Virus record (IMG/VR): IMGVR_UViG_3300037351_000019
Span: 1 to 52,964 of that record
Length of the DNA stretch: 52,964 nucleotides
Strand: one strand, 5' to 3'
Origin: a virus
Lineage: Duplodnaviria; Caudoviricetes
Shown: positions 7,806 through 16,579 of the stretch, piece by piece
Numbering within the stretch: position 1 is the first letter of the stretch
Layout of the letters: each line of letters begins with the position of its first letter
Notes under the pieces: generated by a model
Seen by the model: only the letters and a program-made list of their open reading frames with translations
The model's database searches: none
What the model was told of the DNA's origin: nothing
Made by a program: the position numbers and the translations under genes

Positions 7806-9569
7806 GTGAAACTACTCTCACCCTCTGCGAGAGAGTTCATCAAACTCCCCGAAGACGAACGTCGAGCCAAATGGAACGCGCTGAGCGAAGAGGCACGACT
7901 CGCGATTCGTGTTGAAACCGAGCGAATCAGGCGCGCGATGGAGTTCCCGACCCCAGGCGCGTTGGCAATGGCCCTTGACCCCACAACCGTTCAAACGCCC
8001 GCATTGCAATTGGTCGACTCGAAACTCGTCGAGGTCGGTAAAGCGATTGACGTGATGTACTCGAGACGCCGGAGACTGCAGGAACTGCTCGTGAGCGGAG
8101 TCGATGAGAACTACGCCGTCGAACAAGTCACCGATGAAGTCCCAAGTCAAGGGATAACGCGCCTGATCATGTCGCTCCCATTTCAGGAAGGGAAATCTAC
8201 GAGGGCAGGTCGCTACGGTCTCGAGTGGTTCATGCGCCAGTTCCCGAGCCTTCGAATCACCCTCACTTCATACGACGGGATCAACGCCACTCGAATTAGT
8301 TACCAGATACGTTCCGACATCGAACTCTTCGACGGAACGAATGACAACGTCGACCTTGGACTAAGGCTCATGCCCGACCAGAAGGCGATGGGCAGGTTCA
8401 TGCTCCGAACCGGTGGAGGAATCTACGCCATCGGCATTGGCGGCGGTTTAACCGGACACCCATCTGATCTGGGTTATATAGATGACCCCATCAAGGACAT
8501 CCAGGCCGCTGAGTCGATCCTTCGTTCCAATCAGCAAGAAGAGTGGTATCAGACGACGTTCCGACCTCGCCTCGCTCCGTGGGCGCCGGTGATGATCTTC
8601 ACTACTCGCTGGGCTGACAATGACCTGGTAGGTCGTCTTACGGCCAAGCGCGACGAGGACCGTTCATCGGGAGCTAAGAACTTCGATGACTGGGTGGTCG
8701 TGAACATCGCGGCCCAAGCCGACCACGATCCTTCGAAGGGCGAGACGGACATTCTCGGACGTAGTCCCGGCGAGTACATGATGTCGGCTCGAGGTCGCTC
8801 ACGCGAGGACTGGGAGACAACCAAGAACGCCACACCGAACCGCTATTGGCTGTGCATGTACCAGGGCAAACCCACTCCAGGGACTGGCACGATCTTCCTC
8901 ACCAAGTGGTGGCGGCGCTACGACACCGTCCTGTGGAAGCGAAATGAAGGCGGGACATTCGACGTCCCGGGTTATGAACTAAGCCAGTCATGGGATATGA
9001 CCTTCAAGGACACGAAGGGAACGGACTACGTCGTCGGAGGATTGATAGCCAAGAAGGGCGCGGACTCATTCCTCATCTACGTCATGCGGGCCCGGTTGGA
9101 TTTCACGTCTACTATCCAGGAGTTCGAACGCATGTGCCGACTCTTTCCAAAGTCTCGAGCGAAGTACATCGAAGAGAAGGCCAACGGTGCCGCGGTCATA
9201 AACGTCCTGAAGAAGAAGATTCCTGGACTGATTGCGATCAATCCAACGGAGTCAAAGACCTCTCGCGCCGAAGCCGGTTCGGTTTACGTCCGCTCAGGCA
9301 ACATCTGGCTCCCGACGAAAGAGATTGCCTCCGAGACACCAGAGTTAGCGTGGGACGTCGAGGGATTCATCAATGAACACACGGCCTTCGACAAAGGAAC
9401 CCACGACGACCAGGTCGACATGCTCTCTCAGTACATCAACGAGAAGTACATCATCGGCGGCACGGCAAGAGTCTCTTCACCGGTCGGCTCGGGTCCGAAA
9501 CCCCGCGCAGCAGAGAAATCCGAAGAGTCCGAAATCGCGCGACGAATCCGCGAGAAGCGCAGCGCGTAA
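7806..9569 (+). CDS. terL: Terminase large subunit
   Basis: PFQEGKST, YIDDPIKD, TRW, nuclease motifs SWDMTFK, IEEKANG and HDDQVD. Confidence 0.95.
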   Translation: MKLLSPSAREFIKLPEDERRAKWNALSEEARLAIRVETERIRRAMEFPTPGALAMALDPTTVQTPALQLVDSKLVEVGKAIDVMYSRRRRLQELLVSGVDENYAVEQVTDEVPSQGITRLIMSLPFQEGKSTRAGRYGLEWFMRQFPSLRITLTSYDGINATRISYQIRSDIELFDGTNDNVDLGLRLMPDQKAMGRFMLRTGGGIYAIGIGGGLTGHPSDLGYIDDPIKDIQAAESILRSNQQEEWYQTTFRPRLAPWAPVMIFTTRWADNDLVGRLTAKRDEDRSSGAKNFDDWVVVNIAAQADHDPSKGETDILGRSPGEYMMSARGRSREDWETTKNATPNRYWLCMYQGKPTPGTGTIFLTKWWRRYDTVLWKRNEGGTFDVPGYELSQSWDMTFKDTKGTDYVVGGLIAKKGADSFLIYVMRARLDFTSTIQEFERMCRLFPKSRAKYIEEKANGAAVINVLKKKIPGLIAINPTESKTSRAEAGSVYVRSGNIWLPTKEIASETPELAWDVEGFINEHTAFDKGTHDDQVDMLSQYINEKYIIGGTARVSSPVGSGPKPRAAEKSEESEIARRIREKRSA

Positions 9570-9635
9570 GACACATTCACGCTCCAAGCCTTCTCGCCCA
9601 CTACTATGACGACGAGTTCTAACAAGGAGAATTAA

Positions 9636-9980
9636 ATGTCCGGAGATCTAGACAACTGGCAATTGGTGTGGGAGTACTACCTCGCCAAGACCGCAGCGCC
9701 CACCTTCACGACGGCCACGTTGGTTTCGGGAACGGCCCAGGAAAACACTGCGGCCGTCTCGGCCAAGTACTTCATCGGGATAACCGGTGGAACCGCTGGC
9801 ACGGTCAAGGTCGACGTCGGGCCGACCTCAGCAGTCGCGGACAACCTCATCCCGGCTACGGCAGCCAATGCCGTTGCCTCACAGACGCTCGTGATTGACG
9901 TCCCGGCTGGTTGGTACATCAAGGTCACCGTCGCTGTTGCTACCATCGTCGCTTCTTCGGTCGTCGCCACTGGTCTGTAA
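9636..9980 (+). CDS. Putative virion structural protein
   Basis: RBS AAGGAG; Ala/Thr/Val-rich beta composition. Confidence 0.55.
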   Translation: MSGDLDNWQLVWEYYLAKTAAPTFTTATLVSGTAQENTAAVSAKYFIGITGGTAGTVKVDVGPTSAVADNLIPATAANAVASQTLVIDVPAGWYIKVTVAVATIVASSVVATGL

Positions 9981-9984
9981 CACA

Positions 9985-10314
9985 GTGGACGAGGTTCTGG
10001 TCCGCGACATCAAGGGCGCCGAGATACTGGCCTCCGATGGCACGCTCATGACGCAGGTCAGGGTCTTCATCACCTCGCACCGGATGATCGTGTGGCGAAC
10101 CGACGCGAACAAGGTCCCCGGTATCGTCTTGGAAGTCAAGTTGGCTGAACCCAATTCGGTCTGCGCTCAACAGGCCAAGCTCGGCTACAACGAACGGATC
10201 GAAGTCGCAACCTTGACGAAGGGGTACATCATCAATCAGGGCAAGTGTCTTTGCGGGTCGGTCTTGCTAGCCCTGCCGACCCCGGCCCCGTGGAAGCGCA
10301 CGGTCAGCGCGTGA
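9985..10314 (+). CDS. Hypothetical protein
   Basis: GTG directly after the previous stop; GTGA overlap with the next gene. Confidence 0.55.
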   Translation: MDEVLVRDIKGAEILASDGTLMTQVRVFITSHRMIVWRTDANKVPGIVLEVKLAEPNSVCAQQAKLGYNERIEVATLTKGYIINQGKCLCGSVLLALPTPAPWKRTVSA

Positions 10315-12116
10315 GCTTTACACCCGTAACCTTGCAGGCAACTCGGCGCAATGCGGACGGTTCGCCGGCGTCAGGGACGATTTCATTCACGTTAAATGCC
10401 GAAATGTTGAATGGGACCGAATCTATTCAACCAAACCCGATTAGCGGAGTCTTGAATCCTTCGGGTCAACTCGTCCAACAGAGCGGCCAGCCAATCATCC
10501 TCTTAGCCAACGATGACGTCGGAACGACCCCCGCGAGCCCATCGGCGGCCTACGTGGTGCAAGAGAACATCAACGGTTCCTCAGTCGTCGAGTACTCCAT
10601 CATCATCAGCGTTCAAGACGACCCGTTCCTCACTGACCTTGCAGCGGTATTCACTCACGGCTCGGCAGTAGTCCAGTTGACCAACGTCCTTGCCTCGGGA
10701 GCGTTCGTCAACCTCTCGTCGACCGAAGCCTCAGTGACGAGTGAGATCGTCGCCTTCGACCCCATAGCGAATACCGTGACGCTCAGCGCCGCCTACGAAG
10801 GCTCGACGATCACCGTGAATGACCTCAAGGTGTATTACGGCGTCGACCTATCAACCCTCGCGCAGTACGAGCCCGCACCGACGATCATGACCTACATCCC
10901 GTTCACGCTCGACCCTGTGCAGACTGACGGTCAAGTCGCGACGTGGAGCGCGAGCGAGAAGAAATGGATTCCAACAACACCGGGCGGTGGTTCTTCCTCC
11001 GTCCAATGGGTTGACCTTGGCCTCGTTGATTTAGTCTCCGCCGTGATGAACGGACCCCAGACGCTCTACGATATGCCCGAGGGGAGTTTCTTAGCCTCGA
11101 TACGGTTCACTGATGACCCCGACAGTGTCATGAGTGACTTCGCGAACTTGCCGCCATCATTCGTAGCTAGCCTCTATATGTGGCCCGCATTCGGTACCGT
11201 CAAGTCATTTGGCTGGGTGGCCTTCGCAGGTATTAAGCCGCCCGCGTTCGGCTCGGAATCGCCCGGTCTTTCCTACGACACGCTGTTCCTCGCCGCGCAG
11301 AACGGCGGGTACGGTCCTTTCGCTGCGCTTGACGCTGGTGCGACGGACTTCAATGCGTCGGTGCTGAGTGCAGCTACGGTCGGACCGATCGAGGCGGCCC
11401 TGTTGGTTTCGGAGGCAGGCGGCAACGTTACGGGAACTTCGTGGCGGGCGGCGCCGATTGTTGCATGGGAAGCTGATACATCGTATGACGGCTCTCAGGA
11501 CAACACGGTCGCCACGCCAGGTGCGCTAAAGAAAGCCATCATCCTTGCGAATGGAACGCTGTGGGTCAACGAGGAGAGCGGACCTGCTCTCAGTGGTTCA
11601 AGCGAACCGGACTTCGCAGGTAACGCCGGGGGCTCCGTAGGTGATGGTGCGCTCACCCCAGCGTTCCTCTACGGCGACGAGCCCCTTTCGCTGCCACTGA
11701 CAATCGTGAGTAGCGTGAACGACACCTTCGTCTACACGGGAACCGGAGGGGCCGGTTCGCCCGAAACCTTCACCGTCGCCCCCGGTGTCTATAGCACCAC
11801 CAGTGAAGCGATTGCCGCCTTCGCTGCCGCCATCGGCGCGGCTCACGGTGAGGCGTTCTCGACGCTCGCGACCGTCACGTTGTTCTCAGATGACTATCAA
11901 GCACTAACGCTGACAATGGTCGCGCCTGGGCCGTCTCAGAACGGCAACACGATCACCGAAGGAAACGGCGGTGCTGCTGCGTTCGGCCTTACTGGGAACC
12001 CCGACACTTTTGCGTACGGCGGACAAGCGATTGAGTGGCTTGACACGACCTCTCCCCCTCCCACAGTCGGGGCAGTCCATCTGGTGGCTGAGATAGTGAC
12101 GCCGGTGGCTTTGTGA
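10311..12116 (+). CDS. Putative minor tail / fibre-like structural protein
   Basis: N-terminal ADGSPASGTISF module typical of actinophage minor tail proteins; DGQVATWSASEKKW fibre motif. Confidence 0.6.
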   Translation: MSFTPVTLQATRRNADGSPASGTISFTLNAEMLNGTESIQPNPISGVLNPSGQLVQQSGQPIILLANDDVGTTPASPSAAYVVQENINGSSVVEYSIIISVQDDPFLTDLAAVFTHGSAVVQLTNVLASGAFVNLSSTEASVTSEIVAFDPIANTVTLSAAYEGSTITVNDLKVYYGVDLSTLAQYEPAPTIMTYIPFTLDPVQTDGQVATWSASEKKWIPTTPGGGSSSVQWVDLGLVDLVSAVMNGPQTLYDMPEGSFLASIRFTDDPDSVMSDFANLPPSFVASLYMWPAFGTVKSFGWVAFAGIKPPAFGSESPGLSYDTLFLAAQNGGYGPFAALDAGATDFNASVLSAATVGPIEAALLVSEAGGNVTGTSWRAAPIVAWEADTSYDGSQDNTVATPGALKKAIILANGTLWVNEESGPALSGSSEPDFAGNAGGSVGDGALTPAFLYGDEPLSLPLTIVSSVNDTFVYTGTGGAGSPETFTVAPGVYSTTSEAIAAFAAAIGAAHGEAFSTLATVTLFSDDYQALTLTMVAPGPSQNGNTITEGNGGAAAFGLTGNPDTFAYGGQAIEWLDTTSPPPTVGAVHLVAEIVTPVAL

Positions 12117-12475
12117 CACATTCCTTCTTGCTCTTCGTGATCTACAGCCTCTGCGTCTACAGGCTCACCAGGCTTTGCGTCGAGGACTCAATAACCGAAC
12201 CAATCCGAGACTGGCTGAAGTCAAAGTCATTCGGCGAACTCGTTGAGCGCGACAACGTCACCGGCAATGTAATCAGCCGAACACCCGCGCCGAAGCCGAA
12301 GTCATTGTGGTCATGGGCCTGGACTTTGGGAACCTGCCCCTGGTGCCTGAGCATGTGGATCGCCGCCATCATCGTGACAATCGCGTACTTCAACGGATCG
12401 TGGTTCCAGTACGTCTGTGTACCTTTCGCGTTCTCGGCAGTCGCTGGCGTCCTCAGTGAGCGCAATGGCAACTAA
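12113..12475 (+). CDS. DUF1360-like membrane protein
   Basis: YRLTRL..EDSITEPIR and CPWCLSMW; hydrophobic segments. Confidence 0.75.
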   Translation: MTHSFLLFVIYSLCVYRLTRLCVEDSITEPIRDWLKSKSFGELVERDNVTGNVISRTPAPKPKSLWSWAWTLGTCPWCLSMWIAAIIVTIAYFNGSWFQYVCVPFAFSAVAGVLSERNGN

Positions 12476-15152
12476 GACCACACGCTGGGAAGGCCGACAC
12501 GAACGCGCCAAGACCAAGCCGAAGAAGACGTTTCGTGCGCTTACGGCTGCTTCGTCGGAGATCGAGGTCGGGAACAAGGTCGAGGCGCAGAGACAGCGGA
12601 TGCTGCGTCAGAACTGGCAGTTAATTGCATGGACGATGTTCGACTCCATTCCTGAGCTTTCCTATGCCGAAGGGTTCCTGTCACACTGCGCGGCGAGGAT
12701 GCGAATATTCCCAGGCGCCTATCCGCTAACGGGTGAGACGGATAACCCAATCGCGATTGACGATCCGCTGCTCGATGCACCCGACCAAGTGATTGAAGCC
12801 TGCACGAACGCGATGGCTGACTTAGGAAATGGACGTCTGGCGATCGCGAACATCATGGAGCAACTGTCGCTGAACTTCTCCGTTACCGGTGAGGCGTTCC
12901 TTCTAGGACTGACGGACCCCGAAACGCTGCAAAACGTCTACTCGATTCGTTCAGTCTCAGAGATCGTCATTTACGACGATGACGTGAAACTCCGCGAAGG
13001 ACCGATGACGAATACCGGAGTTCTTGGATTCGTGGATCTGCCCGAGGACGCCCTAGTAGAGCGGATGTGGCAGCCTCATCCGCAGTTCAGGCTTCTCGCA
13101 CAATCACCGATGAGGGCACTCATAAACATCTGCGAAGACCTGACGATCATGCGCCGGCTCATCCGAGCAACGGGTCGTTCACGGTTGGCTGGCAGGGGGA
13201 TTCTGTTTCTCCCGTCCGAGATGGCCGTCCCGAACTTGAACGACGACAACGGCAACATCGACTCGGACGAATTCCTTTCTACCTTGACGACAGCGATGAT
13301 GACGCCTATCGCTCGTGAAGGCGACGCTTCTGGAGTAGTTCCGTTAGTCGTCCAAGCGCCAGGTGAACAGATTGACCACGTCAAGTGGATTGAGTTCGCT
13401 TCGACCTTTGACGAACAGGCCGGGAAGATTCGCGAGGAACTAACGAACATCATCGCGACAGGACTTGACTTGCCGCAAGAGATATTTTCTCTCTCCGATT
13501 TGAACCATTGGTCGGCCTTTCAGGTAGATTCAAACACCTTCCGCTACCACATCGAACCCCATGTCATAAAGCTCGTCGAAGCTCTGACAGGTGCTTTCTT
13601 ACGTCCGTACTTCGCGACCTGCGGACTCGACAAGAGCATCGTCGACGAGTGGATGACGAGGATCATCTTCTGGTACGACCCGACTGAGTTAGTAACCCCG
13701 CCGGACCTGTCAACCTCCGCCATCACTGCCTACAACGCGAAGGTCATCTCTGCCGCTGCGCTTCGCAAGTACCTCGGCTTCAAGGACTCCGACGCTCCGA
13801 GCGCCGAAGAGATCGAGATCCGACTCATCTCGGACACCAGGACCTGGCCGGTCAACGCACTCATTGCGCTACTGCACCAACTCGACCCCGAACTCACGTT
13901 CCCGGCCATCCCTGGACCTGGAATCATCCCCGGACTCAAGGGCGGTCCTGGCGGTGGCGTGGACGTGCCGTTGGAGACTCCTGCACTACCGGCTGGACCA
14001 ACGGACACCACAACGACGCAAGCGACAACGGTTGTCCCAGAACCAACTACGGCCACCGTCACCAATCCGCTCCCCGGCAACGAGAACGGGAGTCTCCTGT
14101 CATCGGGTTACATCGACGACGAACACCGACTGATGGTTATTCGAGTGGTGAAGATGGAACTCGCCCGCAGAGGAATTGATGTGTTCTCACAGCCGATGCT
14201 TCAGTTGACCGCTTCCGTTGTCGACAGGTCAGGCCCGAGCGACCGCGAACTTCAACTCTCACGGAAATTAACGCAGATCGACGCCGACCTTCGCGCACGC
14301 TTGCAAGTCGCGGCCAACGCCGAGATGCGAACGCAACTTAAGAAGGCCGCGCACCGGATTAGGCAATCAGTCTCGAAGGACAAGGACTTGAAGGCCAAGA
14401 TCGCCACCACGCGCAATGAGTTCGTCGCGCTGCGTCTCTCAGGCGACATCGACCCCATCGTTGCCGCGAGTTACGTCACCAACGACTGGGCGAGTCTCGA
14501 AGAACAGTTCAAGTCGTGGACCGGACTTGCACAACGTCAGGCGATAGCGGCCGCGCAACAGATCGCCGGCGATGATGAACTCGGTTCGTCGGCCAACGCG
14601 GTTATCGCCATGAGTGAAGGAGTCGATAAGGGTTGGGCTGTTCTTCGCGATGCGTTGGACGAGATAGCGCAACACCTGGCCTACAACCCCGACCCGAACA
14701 TGACGGATGATGCGGCGCTCGATGCGTTGAACCCCGACACCTTGGTTCCAACAGGAGTCATCCGCGCTGCCGTCGGCGTTGCTGGCGGTTCACCGCTCGA
14801 AGCGTTCAAGCAAGTCCTTCTCGATACGGGAGCGACGGTGCCTGCGGTTCCTCAGACGCAGTTCGTCGGTGGCATAGGAACAGGCGCGACGATCAGTAAC
14901 TTGCTGACGAGCGCAGGCGCTTCGACTGCATCATTCACCTGGGTCCACGGTCCATCTGAAAAGCCCTTCTCGTTAGTCAAGGGCGTCGTCGGCGGTCACC
15001 TAGCTCTCGACGGACAAGAGTTCGACTCGTTCACTGACCCACTGTTAGCGAACAATGGCGACTGGCCCGACAATCAGTTCTTCCTTCCTGGCGATCACGC
15101 CGGATGTATTTGCGATGCCCAGGCAAATTGGGCGATGCCGCAAAATCAGTGA
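12465..15152 (+). CDS. Portal protein with C-terminal MuF-like extension
   Basis: Position after TerL; RSRLAGRGILFLP, VVPLVV, LATGLDLP-like and NHWSA motifs; C-terminal PGDHAGCIC. Confidence 0.8.
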   Translation: MATKTTRWEGRHERAKTKPKKTFRALTAASSEIEVGNKVEAQRQRMLRQNWQLIAWTMFDSIPELSYAEGFLSHCAARMRIFPGAYPLTGETDNPIAIDDPLLDAPDQVIEACTNAMADLGNGRLAIANIMEQLSLNFSVTGEAFLLGLTDPETLQNVYSIRSVSEIVIYDDDVKLREGPMTNTGVLGFVDLPEDALVERMWQPHPQFRLLAQSPMRALINICEDLTIMRRLIRATGRSRLAGRGILFLPSEMAVPNLNDDNGNIDSDEFLSTLTTAMMTPIAREGDASGVVPLVVQAPGEQIDHVKWIEFASTFDEQAGKIREELTNIIATGLDLPQEIFSLSDLNHWSAFQVDSNTFRYHIEPHVIKLVEALTGAFLRPYFATCGLDKSIVDEWMTRIIFWYDPTELVTPPDLSTSAITAYNAKVISAAALRKYLGFKDSDAPSAEEIEIRLISDTRTWPVNALIALLHQLDPELTFPAIPGPGIIPGLKGGPGGGVDVPLETPALPAGPTDTTTTQATTVVPEPTTATVTNPLPGNENGSLLSSGYIDDEHRLMVIRVVKMELARRGIDVFSQPMLQLTASVVDRSGPSDRELQLSRKLTQIDADLRARLQVAANAEMRTQLKKAAHRIRQSVSKDKDLKAKIATTRNEFVALRLSGDIDPIVAASYVTNDWASLEEQFKSWTGLAQRQAIAAAQQIAGDDELGSSANAVIAMSEGVDKGWAVLRDALDEIAQHLAYNPDPNMTDDAALDALNPDTLVPTGVIRAAVGVAGGSPLEAFKQVLLDTGATVPAVPQTQFVGGIGTGATISNLLTSAGASTASFTWVHGPSEKPFSLVKGVVGGHLALDGQEFDSFTDPLLANNGDWPDNQFFLPGDHAGCICDAQANWAMPQNQ

Positions 15153-15176
15153 AAACCCGCGTAATCATTGACGTTT
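15153..15176. promoter_or_regulatory. 24-bp AAACCC-N12-(GGG)TTT-type site
   Basis: AAACCC GCGTAATCATTG ACGTTT; similar to 42846-42869 and to the reverse complement of 40737-40760. Confidence 0.55.
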
Positions 15177-15185
15177 CACCATGTC

Positions 15186-15234
15186 TTGCTTCGTCCGTCT
15201 AACTGTGTATGATTGCTCATACAAACTTGGAGGG
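15186..15234 (+). promoter_or_regulatory. Promoter/operator TGTATGA-TTGC-TCATACA plus RBS
   Basis: TTGCTT-16-TATGAT; palindrome at 15206-15223; GGAGGG RBS. Confidence 0.75.
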
Positions 15235-15237
15235 TAA

Positions 15238-15381
15238 ATGAAACGGAATCGGAAGTACGCAGTCATGATCGATGGAGCGGACATCTTCAACGCTTCCATG
15301 ACGCCAGCACTCGCGAAGAAACTCCGTGAGCGTTCACGGGTTCGCGTGTCGACGTGCTCTAAGCGTGAGGGCGTGCGGTGA
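15238..15381 (+). CDS. Basic 47-aa hypothetical protein (not in ORF track)
   Basis: Strong RBS; GTGA overlap with the next gene. Confidence 0.55.
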   Translation: MKRNRKYAVMIDGADIFNASMTPALAKKLRERSRVRVSTCSKREGVR

Positions 15382-15746
15382 AACTCCGTCGCACCCATCG
15401 CATGACACCCAAGCCGACCGACCCGAGGTATCCGCAGCACGGATTCACGCCACGAAAGCCCTACATCGTCAGCGATTACGTCTCGGACGAAGTGTGGGAG
15501 GAATGCGCAAAACTCGCCGATGACAACGGCTACGTCCTGTTCAAGATTTCCGACGCGGACGGTGAGATCGTGGTGCTGAAAGAGAAGATGTCAATTCAAG
15601 ACGTACGAAGCGCCGAGGTAGTTCCATCGTCTGAGTTGATCAGCGAGATTCGGCGCGGTTCATTCTTCGCACTCAAGCCTGGTGAAAGGGGCAAGCATGG
15701 CACCGTTGGAGAGGGGGTGGTGAGTGAAGACAACGCGCAGTCGTAG
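15378..15746 (+). CDS. Hypothetical protein
   Basis: Translationally coupled ORF. Confidence 0.55.
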   Translation: MKLRRTHRMTPKPTDPRYPQHGFTPRKPYIVSDYVSDEVWEECAKLADDNGYVLFKISDADGEIVVLKEKMSIQDVRSAEVVPSSELISEIRRGSFFALKPGERGKHGTVGEGVVSEDNAQS

Positions 15747-15775
15747 TTGCCTTATCCCCCGATCATCGGAGTCCA

Positions 15776-16168
15776 ATGAAGTCGCTTACCCGATTACTGT
15801 CAATCAGTCTCATATGTTTCTCCCTAGCGTTGGCTGGCAATGCTCAGACAGCGAGTGCCACCACGCATCACCGCTTTTGGGGTCCAGTGCTGTCACTGCC
15901 GGCGGCGCTGCGAGCGCACGTCCCTTGCATCATGAAGAGGGAGTCCAACTCGACCTACAAGAAGTTGAACCTCGGTGACAACAATCGTTTCGGTTCAAGT
16001 GGAATCTTCCAGATGGAGCAAGCCACCTTCGCCGCGCATCAACAGGCCGCTGGCGTTCCGCTCCGAATCCATGTCTGGCAAGCTTCGCCCTACCAGCAGG
16101 AACTCGTCTTCGTCGAGATTCTGCGAGTCGACGGAACGGGACCGTGGACTCGATATGACGGTTGTTAA
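15776..16168 (+). CDS. Secreted Rpf-like / lytic transglycosylase
   Basis: Signal peptide; CIMKRES (catalytic E), SGIFQM..TF, ASPYQQE and G.GPW motifs. Confidence 0.75.
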   Translation: MKSLTRLLSISLICFSLALAGNAQTASATTHHRFWGPVLSLPAALRAHVPCIMKRESNSTYKKLNLGDNNRFGSSGIFQMEQATFAAHQQAAGVPLRIHVWQASPYQQELVFVEILRVDGTGPWTRYDGC

Positions 16169-16579
16169 GTTCTCCCCGCAGCGGGCGATGCCCGACCTCA
16201 TTCCGCCAAGTATGAGAAAGCCACCGCTGCGGGGACCATCATGCAGATAATCCTCAACGGTCACGACTTCGTTGTAACGCCACCGATGATCGTGGTCGGG
16301 CTGTACATTGACTGCGTTACAGGACTCATCATCTACTACGCGCGGAGGAAACGGCATGCTCGTATTCGAAACCATTGATGATCTCGTTGCTTGGATGGAC
16401 GTTCTCTCGGCGCTCGGAAACTGCGGGCTGTACTAGATTCACAAATGCCGGCTGCGATCGATTGCCACTGAGTGGTCTAGAAGTTTGAGTTCAGACGGTT
16501 TCATTTTGTGTGACAAATTGATTCCGACACTTTGACTTGCTCAGAGAGTATTCTGGCGCCAAGTGCGTCAAGGAGAGCA

